A stretch of 64,000 bases of DNA from Chamaesiphon sp. (GCA_965246715.1 CBDFFH010000036.1:110815-174814), one strand, 5' to 3'; positions 43,342 through 54,103 are shown, numbered from the stretch's first letter. Notes: generated from the sequence alone by a model not told the origin. Program-made: numbers and translations.

Positions 43342-44523
43342 GTGATAGATAGTACTAAAATAGATTCTTATATTGCTGGCGACGTATATGAAATATGGCA
43401 ATCGTCAATAAATCGGGCAACGGATGAAATTTTAGTTGTCACTCCATATTTTAATAATGTATTGAAGGAGTTAATAGAGTCAAAACTAAAATCCTCTAAT
43501 TTTGAACGTAAAAACATAAAAATATTGACTAGATTTTCATCTGAGCTTGCATGGGGGGAGAAGGCGCAGTTATCAATAGGTATAGAGTTAATTGAGATGG
43601 GAGTCGAATTGAGGCAACTCAATAATATTCACGCAAAGCTACTAATTGTAGATAAAACTGAGTTAGTTCTTGGTTCTCAAAACTTTACGAATAATGGACG
43701 ACAGGCAAGAGAGGCATCTGTATCAGCTTGGTATATGTTAGAAAATAGAAATTATGATAATTTTCTGGCATCTATCGATCTTTGGTGGGAAGAGGCAACG
43801 CCTGTCAAAGCAGAGTTATTAAGAGAACTTTTAGAAGAGCTGGAAGATCTCGAAAATTCACCTGATTTCTTAAAAAAACACAGAAATAATGTAAGTAAAA
43901 TATTTGATAATTTTTACAAGAATTCTAATAAAAGCAATCAAATAAAGATTATCGATAATGAAACATCAATAAATGAAGAAATAGAAGGTAAATTAGTAGA
44001 ATCTGGCTCCAAGTTTCGTAAAATTATTGAAATCACATCAGATTGTAAATTAGAAAAAGATTTAAATCGCTTGACGTTTTATCCGGTATTTATAAGACCA
44101 ATAAATAGACTTTTTTATGCAAGAATTGCAAAAACAAGAATAAATTTTGTAGTAGATCGAATTAATAGAGAAATTCCACTTGTGATTAATGGGATATCAT
44201 ATCTCCCACAGGTCAGTTTCTCAAAAGGCGATTTTAATATAAATATTGACCTCATAAAAGAACATGGTGCTAGAGATAACTTGAACTTTAAATTTAGGTT
44301 TAATGGCGAATTTTTGGTATCTGAAAATTTGCATAATGAAAATAGTTTAAGAGAGAATTTAGAAAATATTATTTTTCAATCTTTTAATTGCGAAAAACCT
44401 TTTTTTAAAAAATGCAAAGCTTCGGGAAGTTTTTTCCCGAATCATCATTCATTTTATCAGCATTTAACAATCACCATTAAAACGACAATTAATGATTCTA
44501 AATTATTGATATGTGATTACTAA
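43342..44523 (+). CDS. Phospholipase D (HKD) nuclease-like domain protein
   Basis: VVTPYF, HAKLLIVD...GSQNFT...E; single HKD; very AT-rich. Confidence 0.75.
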   Translation: MIDSTKIDSYIAGDVYEIWQSSINRATDEILVVTPYFNNVLKELIESKLKSSNFERKNIKILTRFSSELAWGEKAQLSIGIELIEMGVELRQLNNIHAKLLIVDKTELVLGSQNFTNNGRQAREASVSAWYMLENRNYDNFLASIDLWWEEATPVKAELLRELLEELEDLENSPDFLKKHRNNVSKIFDNFYKNSNKSNQIKIIDNETSINEEIEGKLVESGSKFRKIIEITSDCKLEKDLNRLTFYPVFIRPINRLFYARIAKTRINFVVDRINREIPLVINGISYLPQVSFSKGDFNINIDLIKEHGARDNLNFKFRFNGEFLVSENLHNENSLRENLENIIFQSFNCEKPFFKKCKASGSFFPNHHSFYQHLTITIKTTINDSKLLICDY

Positions 44524-44695
44524 GGGTGATAAAAACGATTGTTTTCAAGGTATCGGGATCGCCAGGATAACCGACTGTGTGGGTGCGATTCTCCTATGGG
44601 AGAGGCTGTGCTGTGCTTCTGGCAGGCTACGCCAACGCCAACGAAAGCCCATTTCATCAACCCGATCGTTATGATCGCAAAAACTAATCCAATTA
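44524..44695 (-). pseudogene. Another fragment of the P-type ATPase membrane region
   Basis: IGLVFAIITIGLMKWAF[insert]DRTHTVGYPGDPDTLKTIVFITL; matches 36608..36670. Confidence 0.7.
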
Positions 44696-44721
44696 TAGAC
44701 GGGAGTGCCGTAGGTCTGAAA

Positions 44722-47700
44722 CTAATTGAGTTCTAGATTTACTAATGTATGCAGCATGGCTGTTGTCGTAAATGGTTTAGTCAAGAATGCTCCGATCGCA
44801 TACCGTTCGACGATCGATTCATTCGCCGACGTACCACTCATCGCGATAACTTTGACGGCGGGATTAATCCGCTGCAAAGCCCGAATGATATAAGGTGTAT
44901 GAAGATTTGGCATCATCATATCCAACAATACCACGGCAATGTTTTCCCAATCTCGATCGTATATGGCGATCGCTTCGACACCATCGCTAGCTAACATCAC
45001 TCGGTAGTTGTAAGTTTCTAATGAATCTTTAATAATCTCGCGGATCGAAAATTCATCATCTACAACTAAAGCTAATTGCCCCTTCCCGTCAAATAATTCA
45101 GGTTGCTCTACTTGCTGTTTTTCCTCACTATCAGTTACCGCAGGTAGATAGATGGTGAAACAAGTACCGTGCCCGACTTCACTATCGACATGAAGATCGC
45201 CATCGTGAGCTTTGATAATGCTCAGGACTGTCGATAATCCTAGACCCGTTCCCATTTCTTTGGTAGTAAAGAACGCATCAAAAATTAGATCGATCGCCTG
45301 AAGATCGATGCCAATGCCAGTATCAGCGATCGAGATCGCGACATAAGATCCAGTGCGAACATTGGCGTGCATTTTAGCATTGGTGTCATCAATTACTAGA
45401 TTTGTAGCAGTTGCCGTAATCGACCCACCATCCGGCAGGGCATCCCGCGCATTCACAAACAAATTCATGAAGACTTGATGAATTTGCGTTGCATCGACAC
45501 ACACCATCCAGAGATCTTCAGCGGGCAGATCCAAACTAATTTTGATCGATTTGGGGAAGGTTTGACGGGCAATATCGATCGTTTCGGCGAGAATGTGCTG
45601 TAGTTTTAATACCGTGCGTTGACCGTCTACTCCCCGCGCAAATGTGAGAATTTGCTTGACTAAACTACTCCCGCGTAGCGAACTTTCGACCAACATTGTT
45701 AGCAGTCTCCGACTGCGGTTGTCTAATGTCGGGAGGGTAACTTCTAAAAGCTGGGCAGCACCGACAATCGGTGTCAGCACATTATTCAGATCGTGAGCGA
45801 TGCCGCTGGCGAGAGTGCCCAAACTTTCCAAGCGTTGGGCGCGGAGAAACTGCTGCTCTAATCGCTTTTGCTCGGTAATATCGGTAAGAGTGCCTAGATA
45901 GCCAGTAATATTTCCAGCTTCATCCTCGATCGAGATCGCGCTGCCGTAGACCCAGTTTACTTGCCCCTGGGGGGTCATCATCCGATACTCTAACCCAAAT
46001 CGGTGGTTCGCGACGACAGTACTCTCCCACGCGGCAGATACGCGCGCGAGATCGTCGGGATGGATGGAGTTTGCCCAACCTCGACCCAAAACTTCCGATT
46101 GTGACGCGCCCATTAATTCCAGACCTTGCTGATTGATAAACAGACAGTCTCCAGCAATGCCGGTTTGAAAAATGCCGACAGGGGCACTGGCGACTAGAGT
46201 GCGATAGCGGGCTTCGCTTTGCTGCAAAGCAGCTTCAGATTGACGGAGGATAATATTGACGATTGATTTGCGTAATTCAACAGCGGCGGCGATGTCTACT
46301 GCTTGCCAAGGGAGCGAATGCAGCCGGACGCTTTCTTGCCACAATTGGAAAGATTTGCGCGGAATCAATCGCACATTGCCATCGGCTGCAACTTCTTCTT
46401 GGTAAGCGTGTTCTGGATTCCCACCCCAATTCACCGTTTGAATTACTTCAGGACGGAAACACAACACATAGCTGTCTGGCGACAAGGAAATTGCCAATAA
46501 CCCACTAGCAAGATCTGGACATCCGTCTCCACCAAATAAATCGGCAGCTAGGAGCGGGAGTGAGTCGGTGGTAAATACATCATCGCGAACATTTTTGGTC
46601 AACCATTGCACCAAGCTATCGAGTGCTGCTGGCGGGGGAGTTTGCCCGATGGTTGTCCATCGACCGCCAACACAAATTGCAGCACCCCCAGCATCGAACA
46701 GATCCAAGAGATTGGGCGATTCACCCATTAAAGCATCAACAAAACTCGCCGTTGACTCAGGCGATCCCGTGGCGGATTGCGACATCCGCTCGATTCCCAT
46801 CGAGCGGATATGAGCTAATTTCGATCGATAGCTATACTCAGGCATATCTTCAATCATCGAGATCCGGTCGAAAATTATCTGTCCGAGCAGTTCGCAAGCG
46901 TTCCGCAACTCATAAGATACGACTTTGGCTGTCTGATGATGACAGGTAATAATTCCCCACAAGCGTCCATCTTTGACGAGGGAAATCGTCAAGGATGCAC
47001 TGACACCCATATTTTGGAGGTACTCAGTGTGACAGGGATCGGGACTGCGAAGCATGGAGCGGCTTAGATCCGTAAGCTGCTCCGTCAGCGGATTGAGTGC
47101 GGGAATCAGTTGCACGGACTCAGCCCGAATGTCGGAGATCGCCCGAATCCGGTTGGAGAGAAACATCTCCCGCGCTGGTTGGGGAATATCCGATTCGGGG
47201 AAATGCAAGCCCAAATAGGAATCCATTGCTACTACTTTATCCTCAGCGATGACTGCACCATGTCCATCCGCGTCGAACTTGTAGAGCAGCACTCGGTCGA
47301 ATCCAGTTAACTTCCGCACTTCTGCGACCATAATTCGACCGAAAGCAGGTAAATCGGCAAAGCCTCTCCCTTGCAGAATCGAAGCTTTAGCTAAATGATA
47401 AAAACTTTGAAAGGGAATATGCTCGTCTTTGTGGGTTGGTTCCAATTCTAGAATTAGATAGCCATCGAGACTCCGATGAAAAACAGCATCAAAGATCCGG
47501 TAATTATCCCTAGATTTTAGTACCCATACTTTCGTGTAATTGCTGCCGTCGAAACTCCGATCTGCCAATCTTGCTCGAAATTGCTCGACCTGGAAAACAT
47601 CTAGAAACTTCTCTAGTGGCTGTCCGACGATCAGACTTGGGGCAACTTCAAATATGCCGATCGTATTATTGCTAACTTGTAAGACCGTTAAACTTGGCTC

Positions 47701-47811
47701 TTGTAAAACTAGCAATACGCCATGAGATTGAATCTCAGTCAAGATATGAACTGACGGAAATTTTAAGCTGGCGGAATTAAAACTTTGAAGCTTTGTATTA
47801 GTATCTACCAT
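44722..47811 (-). CDS. Phytochrome hybrid histidine kinase (PAS-GAF-PHY-PAS-HisKA-HATPase-REC)
   Basis: IQSHG, GFDRV, FPESDIP, PCHTEYL (GAF Cys), PRKSF, IAHDLNN, LDMMMP. Confidence 0.92.
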   Translation of the reverse strand: MVDTNTKLQSFNSASLKFPSVHILTEIQSHGVLLVLQEPSLTVLQVSNNTIGIFEVAPSLIVGQPLEKFLDVFQVEQFRARLADRSFDGSNYTKVWVLKSRDNYRIFDAVFHRSLDGYLILELEPTHKDEHIPFQSFYHLAKASILQGRGFADLPAFGRIMVAEVRKLTGFDRVLLYKFDADGHGAVIAEDKVVAMDSYLGLHFPESDIPQPAREMFLSNRIRAISDIRAESVQLIPALNPLTEQLTDLSRSMLRSPDPCHTEYLQNMGVSASLTISLVKDGRLWGIITCHHQTAKVVSYELRNACELLGQIIFDRISMIEDMPEYSYRSKLAHIRSMGIERMSQSATGSPESTASFVDALMGESPNLLDLFDAGGAAICVGGRWTTIGQTPPPAALDSLVQWLTKNVRDDVFTTDSLPLLAADLFGGDGCPDLASGLLAISLSPDSYVLCFRPEVIQTVNWGGNPEHAYQEEVAADGNVRLIPRKSFQLWQESVRLHSLPWQAVDIAAAVELRKSIVNIILRQSEAALQQSEARYRTLVASAPVGIFQTGIAGDCLFINQQGLELMGASQSEVLGRGWANSIHPDDLARVSAAWESTVVANHRFGLEYRMMTPQGQVNWVYGSAISIEDEAGNITGYLGTLTDITEQKRLEQQFLRAQRLESLGTLASGIAHDLNNVLTPIVGAAQLLEVTLPTLDNRSRRLLTMLVESSLRGSSLVKQILTFARGVDGQRTVLKLQHILAETIDIARQTFPKSIKISLDLPAEDLWMVCVDATQIHQVFMNLFVNARDALPDGGSITATATNLVIDDTNAKMHANVRTGSYVAISIADTGIGIDLQAIDLIFDAFFTTKEMGTGLGLSTVLSIIKAHDGDLHVDSEVGHGTCFTIYLPAVTDSEEKQQVEQPELFDGKGQLALVVDDEFSIREIIKDSLETYNYRVMLASDGVEAIAIYDRDWENIAVVLLDMMMPNLHTPYIIRALQRINPAVKVIAMSGTSANESIVERYAIGAFLTKPFTTTAMLHTLVNLELN

Positions 47812-48385
47812 AATTAATTATACCACTTTAGACCTAGCAGGTTGATGGGATTTTATCTGAAAAGAAACTTAAAAATTTTGGTCGATTCTCCACAGGAGTA
47901 ACTGAGACGACACAAATGTCATCTAATGGGTGAAAGAAACTCTGGCTGGCACTGTTGGGTTTTGTCTTGCTCTGCTTGGTGCGCCTCCATGGACGGGAAA
48001 CCCGTCCGGAGCGCATCCGCTACCCAACCTACAGATCTCAAGAACCAGTAGTTAATCTTTAGTTTTAATATTTCGATCTAAACTAGATAAAAAGATCGAT
48101 TCTTCAACCCGATCGTTTACCAATAATGACAGTATTTCATCCTTCTTGTGAGCTGTCTGATGCTACCAATTATTAACTAATTCTCTAAGTTTAGATTGTG
48201 CTTCGTCTAAACTCCATTTCCGTGCCTCGTCTACCAATTCATCGGAAAACTCCAGCAGTTGTGTCCAGCTACTTATCAACTTTCTTCGCTAAGTTGCAAA
48301 GGGCGATAAGATCCCAGTCCCTAGTATTGCAATCTTGGTATAACCAGGGTATAACTAAATTATAGTGATTCTAGCTAATCTAAAT

Positions 48386-48622
48386 ATGAAAACTGCTATT
48401 TCTTTGCCAGACTCAGTTTTTGCCGAAGCTGAAGCCCTCGCGCAACAGTTAGGACTTTCCCGCAGCGAACTTTACTCGACAGCATTACAAGCTTATCTAT
48501 CAAAATACAATCGCCAACAGATATCGAGCAAATTAAACAATATCTACAGTGAAGAATCTTCCGATCTAGATCCAACGATCGCCACTATGCAATTTATGTC
48601 TCTACCGCGTGAGGAATGGTAA
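48386..48622 (+). CDS. RHH antitoxin
   Basis: MKTAISLPD...LSRSELY; overlaps the toxin. Confidence 0.8.
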   Translation: MKTAISLPDSVFAEAEALAQQLGLSRSELYSTALQAYLSKYNRQQISSKLNNIYSEESSDLDPTIATMQFMSLPREEW

Positions 48623-48960
48623 TGTATCGAGGCGAAATTTGGTGGGCAAATCTACCAGAACCAGTTGGATCTGAGCCTGGATACAATCGCCCTGTTTTGG
48701 TTATTCAAGATGACACATTTACTCAAAGCAACATCAATACCGTCATTGTGGTAGTTATCACATCCAATCTTAATTTGGCAGCAGCCCCAGGCAATGTGTT
48801 GTTGCCAAGATCTGCATCGGGATTACCGAAAGATTCTGTTGCGAATGTATCTCAGATTCTCACGTTAGACAAAAAATTCTTAGTAGAGAGAATTGGTTCA
48901 CTGCCAGATGAATTGCAATTGGAGGTAGATGATGGCATCAGAACTATTCTGTATTTGTAG
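48616..48960 (+). CDS. PemK/MazF family toxin
   Basis: RGEIWWANLPEPVGSEPGYNRPVLVIQ. Confidence 0.9.
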   Translation: MVMYRGEIWWANLPEPVGSEPGYNRPVLVIQDDTFTQSNINTVIVVVITSNLNLAAAPGNVLLPRSASGLPKDSVANVSQILTLDKKFLVERIGSLPDELQLEVDDGIRTILYL

Positions 48961-49614
48961 TTTTTTTATCGTTGGCGTAGCCTACCGGAGGTAATCGCTA
49001 GTTACAGTAAGGAGCTTCTTGGGCGGATTTTTCATAATGTTACAATATGTTAAAAAATTCAGCAGATCCACCTTAAATAGGATGATAGGTGGAAATTTTA
49101 TGCTTTGCGTACGGAATATGCTGAATTTTTCAGTCTATCTACCCGAATTTAGGTGGATAGGCGGAAAGTTTCCGCCTAATAATAGTTAGACTACCTCTAT
49201 GTCTTCAGATTGGCTTTACATTTCACGTAGTTCTCATGCTCCCTATGAGCAAGATTTTCCAGCAATTCAAATTGAACTAGGTGAGTGGGATAATTTATGC
49301 CAAAATGACTCATGACTTGATTTTTTTGATTGCTATAAAGGCTATACGTATTCGGAGAATAGGCTAGCGAAGTGGAGCGGTCACGCTTTATCTGGTTCTC
49401 CAAGTCAGTTTCTTTGGTGGTGGAATGGGATGGTTGTCTACGACTATGTTTATATGGATCTTGAGACAGCTCAAAAATTGCTTGCAGTTTCTGCATACTT
49501 TAAAGCTCATATTTATGACTCTGAAGGTAATATATTTTGCCTTGATAACAGCATAATGAGCTAAGAGAGACTTTTTGTAAAAATAAGTAAAGTTGCTCAT
49601 GATTTTCAACTACT

Positions 49615-49983
49615 GTCTAGCAACGCCATGCAAAGGACGATCATCTCAAGTGGTTCAGTGATACTAAAATTTTCGCTCAACCCTTGTTGGCAGAGCCGTT
49701 AGACCCCGCTAGCGATTTCTAATTGTTTCATCCAGTCCATTTCTGCTCAGTTTGCTGGGTTAAAGTTGCAGGTTTCTTGCTCTGTAACTTTCATGTGTTT
49801 TTGATAAAGTGACTGGTCAATAGCAACAAAAAGTAGCAAAAATATTCCAGCACAGACGGTATAATGTTTTCAGCCCAATTTGCTTTATTCCTCGTGTCTA
49901 ACTACTCATTGCAGCGGATGGACGAAACACACGGGCTGTCTTGCTTACTTTACTAGCCACCGCTAAATTCGATGACGTTGACC
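49615..49983 (+). other. Two attC-like recombination sites (49615..49704 and 49896..49983)
   Basis: GTCTAGC...GTTAGAC and GTCTAAC...CAGCGG...CCGCT...GTTGACC. Confidence 0.45.
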
Positions 49984-50094
49984 CTGAGTTAATAATTTGA
50001 GTTGAAAGATAACAAATGCCCAGCAAAAACCAACCAGAACACGCCGAGACACGCCAGCGCAAACATCGTCGCCTGAAGTTTTCCCCAAATCTGG

Positions 50095-50944
50095 GGCGTT
50101 GCTGGATTAAGGTATGATTTGGCGATCGAGTGGTACTCGCGCTCTAAGATCGTGACTATTAATTGATGTGGGAATTGGCACTCGATCGAATTTTAGATAG
50201 TGAGCGTCGCGGGTCACCCGTAACGCAATAAGTAAGCGAATTGAATGCTTGAGCATTTGTGTAGATTTAGAATAGCAAAGTGTTTTGCGTTTTAGTCGAG
50301 CTAGATAATGTCTCAGTCTAGTATTTTCTCCTTCTACTCTGGTCATGTAAGTCTTGCTAACGATTTGGTCTCCATCAGGAATAAACATTGGGTAAACTGG
50401 CCACCCATCTGTGACATAGAAGTAGCATTTCCACTTATTTACTACCTCATCCCATAAAGGTTTAAATGTTTGAGCACTGTGGTCTCCTAATACCCATCCT
50501 AAAATTCCTGGGCGGAAGTGATCTACTGCTGTCCACAGCCAGATTTTGTTTTTTTAAACCCCACAAACGTTTCTAATTCATCTAACTCACCTACTTCCGG
50601 CGTTAGCTCTGGGTCGTAATAATCTGGTAGGAGTTCACCTACTTGCTTCACCCAATCCATTATCGTTGTATTATGAATTCCTTTGACTCTCTCAATTGCT
50701 CTAAATCCCATGCCATTTACATACATGGTTAAACATTCTTGTTTAATTTCTTGGGCAGATCCTCTGGGAGATTCATAATTCTCTATAAATTGCCTACCAC
50801 ACTCCACACAAATATAGTTCTGCTTCCCTCTTTTGCAACCGTTCTTATTGATGCGGACTGACTTACATTCAGGACATTCCATTACTTTTAACCCAAATTA
50901 ATTATTGGCGATCGATACCAATCATACCTCAATCCAGCAACGCC
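50095..50944 (-). mobile_element. IS1-family IS (insA 50523..50882; insB reached by -1 frameshift)
   Basis: 25-bp IRs GGCGTTGCTGGATTrAGGTATGATT; CPEC...CVECG; A8C slippery run near 50550; RVEGENTRLRHYLARL. Confidence 0.9.
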
Positions 50945-50945
50945 C

Positions 50946-51612
50946 ACTCAAACGAGTCGATTCTCTTGCAGAGACGCTTCGCGAACGAGCGGAGCAGATA
51001 ATTCCCTTTAGTATCTATCCGCGCAACACGATGACACTATCATCGGTAGGGCATCAATGCGGTACCTGTAGCTTTGGGACAGATCCCACCACTTCAGTCC
51101 TAGATTTAAATTGTCGCACCCACGATGTGGATAATCTCTATGTGGTGGATGGGAGCTTCTTCCCCTCTAGTTCGGCTATCAATCCGACTCTGACGATTAT
51201 TGCTAATGCTTTAAGAGTTGGAGATATTCTAAAAGAGGAATTGTGCTATGTGCTTGATTCAAAAAACGCCTTTTGGGCGATTTTGAACTTGCAAGAAGAA
51301 CTCGAAGGATATTGCTCTTTCGGCCCAGACGGTCGAGTACTAGGTGGAGGCTACAGTGATAAATCCCTTGACATTGGTATGGGCATACGACCAGATTTAA
51401 TAGGTCAAGGGCGTGGAAAGTATTATGCTCAGGCTGTTGCGGAATATGGGGCGTATCAATATGGAATGCAGCAGTTGCGCGTAACGATAGCGGGCTTTAA
51501 CAAGCGGGCACAACGAGTATGGGATCGGTTAGGATTTGAGCAGGTTCAGAAGTTTGTGAAAACTAATAGTGCAGACGAATTTGTGGTTATGGTTAGGCAT
51601 AGAAGTAGATAG
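50946..51612 (+). pseudogene. Chimera of a GMC oxidoreductase 3' fragment fused to a 5'-truncated GNAT
   Basis: HQCGTCSFG...NLYVVDGSFFPSS...NPTLTIIANALRVGD, then sequence duplicating 54590..54970. Confidence 0.8.
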
Positions 51613-51818
51613 CTTATAATTACTCAGTACCATGGTTGATGTGCGGGCAGAGTCTAATAATACGAAAATTTGATTGTGCTTTACACTTCATCAACGCACT
51701 CTACACAAGCTGACAATAATTGCTAATGCTTTGGGGGTGGAGGATAGTTTAATCGATCGACTCAAATAATTCGATCGCGATCTTTTATAATAGGGAAATC
51801 TGAACGTTTTTTCTTCCT

Positions 51819-52058
51819 ATGCCATTAAGCACTGAAGCCATTAAGCAAGACTTGGATCGACTCACTCACAGTCAACTCCAACAAGTAGCTGAATTTATTG
51901 CTTTCTTGAAGTTTCGCAATGAGCATCGCCATCGGGTTATCCTCGATCCGATCCAATTGGCTGAAGTGTTTGCGGAGTTTGCTGATGAAGATCGTGTGTT
52001 TGCCGAAGTAGGCATGAACGACTATGCAGAAATGCTCGATCGAGAAGACCAACGATGA
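51819..52058 (+). CDS. Putative antitoxin (DUF2281-like)
   Basis: QLQQVAEFIAFLKFR; ATGA overlap with the toxin. Confidence 0.7.
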   Translation: MPLSTEAIKQDLDRLTHSQLQQVAEFIAFLKFRNEHRHRVILDPIQLAEVFAEFADEDRVFAEVGMNDYAEMLDREDQR

Positions 52059-52408
52059 CTAATCCCTTGAAACGGGGTGAAATATGGCTAGCCGATCTCA
52101 ATCCTACTCAAGGTTCCGAACAAGCTGGCATTCGTCCCGTCATCATTTTCCAAAATAACCTTGTTTCCCAATTCTCAACTACGACTATTGCCATTCCTCT
52201 AACTACCAACCAACGTCGCGCTGCCTTGCCAATCTGCTTATTAATCGAACAAGGTAATGGTGGACTCACTCAAGATTCTGTCGCCCTATGTTTTCAGATA
52301 AGAGTGCTAGATAAAACTCGTTTGATTCGCACATTGGGACAACTAAGTCCCGAAATAATTGCACAATTGGAAGACGTAGTTTTGCTAACATTGGGATACG
52401 AGTCATAA
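52055..52408 (+). CDS. PemK/MazF family toxin
   Basis: RGEIWLADLNPTQGSEQAGIRPVII. Confidence 0.9.
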   Translation: MTNPLKRGEIWLADLNPTQGSEQAGIRPVIIFQNNLVSQFSTTTIAIPLTTNQRRAALPICLLIEQGNGGLTQDSVALCFQIRVLDKTRLIRTLGQLSPEIIAQLEDVVLLTLGYES

Positions 52409-52623
52409 GTTTGAAAATGAACAACGAAGTTAATCGTGTCATCGCTGTGATGATATTTAAAGATGTCGAAATCGAGATTGGTAAACTAGCCGCGATCGCC
52501 TAAACTTAAAACCTTATGGAATTGACGATTATTGCTAATGCCCTGCGGGTGGAAATTTTAATATATCGACTGAAGTAATTCGATCTCGATAACTCTCTGA
52601 ATATCGTGCTAATTATTTGCAAT

Positions 52624-52998
52624 ATGACTGAACATAGTGTATGGCGGATTTCGTTGGCTCACAAAATCACTCCTGCTTTCACTGCTAACCCAAAAATCGA
52701 AGCGTGTTTCGTATTTGGCTCGGCAGCATTAGGGCTTTCAGACCAGTATTCTGACCTTGAGTTAGCCTTTATCTGGTCACAACTGCCATCCACTGAAGAA
52801 CTACAAGCCACAGCGCAGAGTGTTGGTGTCAAAGGGTGGGACATTGAGCCGTATGGGGAAGCGAAACAGGCATGGTTGGAGCAGTTCTATCTATACGGCA
52901 TGAAAGTCGAAGCTGGTCATTGGGCGCGAGATACGATGGACAACATCGTGATTGATGTTATCGAGCATTACGATGTGTCGCAAAACGGCCTTGTGTGA
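52624..52998 (+). pseudogene. Nucleotidyltransferase-fold protein, probably truncated
   Basis: FGSAALGLSDQYSDLE motif. Confidence 0.6.
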
Positions 52999-53135
52999 AA
53001 CGTTTGACCTTGTAGAGAAGCACTTGCCGCAAGTCGATCTCAAGCAGCAGCGTGAAACGTTCAATCGGCTTTATCCGAAGTGGAATTTGCCTGTCAGTGA
53101 CTCATATTAAAGTCCATCAACAGCAAGCTAACATA

Positions 53136-54103
53136 ACGTCAGTTCGGGTTAAGAAAAGGAGGGGGCGTTAAGCTAAAAGGTATTACTATCAACGATTTAG
53201 CACACCCTCCTATGAATAGTTTAGATGCATTATTCTGTGATATCGACAATTTCTGCCAAAAGTTTGAACCGAGCTGGCACTTACAGCTCATTTCCGATGG
53301 GAGCAAAACCCGTCGCCGAGCCAAAAGCCTCTGTTTGAGTGAAATCATGACGATTTTGATAACATTTCATCAGCACCATTACCGAAATTTCAAGCATTAT
53401 TACATCGACCATGTAAGTGTTTATTGGGCAGATGCTTTTCCCCTATTGCCCAGCTATCAACGGTTTGTAGAATGGATACCTCAGACACTGATGCCCTTAT
53501 GTGTTTATCTCAAGCAGTGCTTTGGTGCTTGCACAGGGATTAGTTTTATTGATTCCACTTGTTTAAAAGTCTGCCATAATCGACGGATATCTGGACATAA
53601 AGTTTTTAAAAATCTGGCGGCTCGCGGCAAAACCTCTGTGGATTGGTTCTTTGGCTTTAAGTTACATCTAGTAGCTAATGAAAACGGTGAACTTCTAAAT
53701 ATCATGCTGACCCCTGGTAATATTGACGATCGCAAGCCAGTCCTAAACTTAGTTTCATCTCTGTTTGGTAAGATTTTTGCTGACAAGGGCTATGTGTCTC
53801 AATCATTAGCAACACAGTTATTTGAAGATGAGGGAATAGAATTTTTCGCTAAACCGAAGCGAAATATGAAGAACAAATTAATGCGTTTAAATGACAAATT
53901 TTTGAGCAGAAAACGTTCAATTATTGAAACGATTATTGACCAGCTCAAAAATATTTCCCAAGTCGAACATTCTCGTCATCGTAGCCCCGTCAACTTTTGT
54001 GTGAATGTTTTGTGTGGTTTAATTGCCTATTGCCATCAGCCGAAGAAGCCCTCTCTTGGATTTGAGTGGGTGTTACCGCCTTCGGCTTAACCCGAACTGA
54101 CGT
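53136..54103 (+). mobile_element. IS982-family IS (transposase 53212..54090)
   Basis: 18-bp IRs ACGTCAGTTCGGGTTAAG; 7-bp TSD TAACATA; IDST, FGFKLH, ADKGY, RSIIET. Confidence 0.92.

Noticed and set aside
49197..49609. Two overlapping minus-strand ORFs as real genes
   Set aside because: No recognisable motifs; the region looks like decayed cassette DNA
50905..51612. Novel GMC-GNAT fusion enzyme
   Set aside because: Starts inside the IS1 end, both parts are fragments, and the GNAT part duplicates 54590..54970
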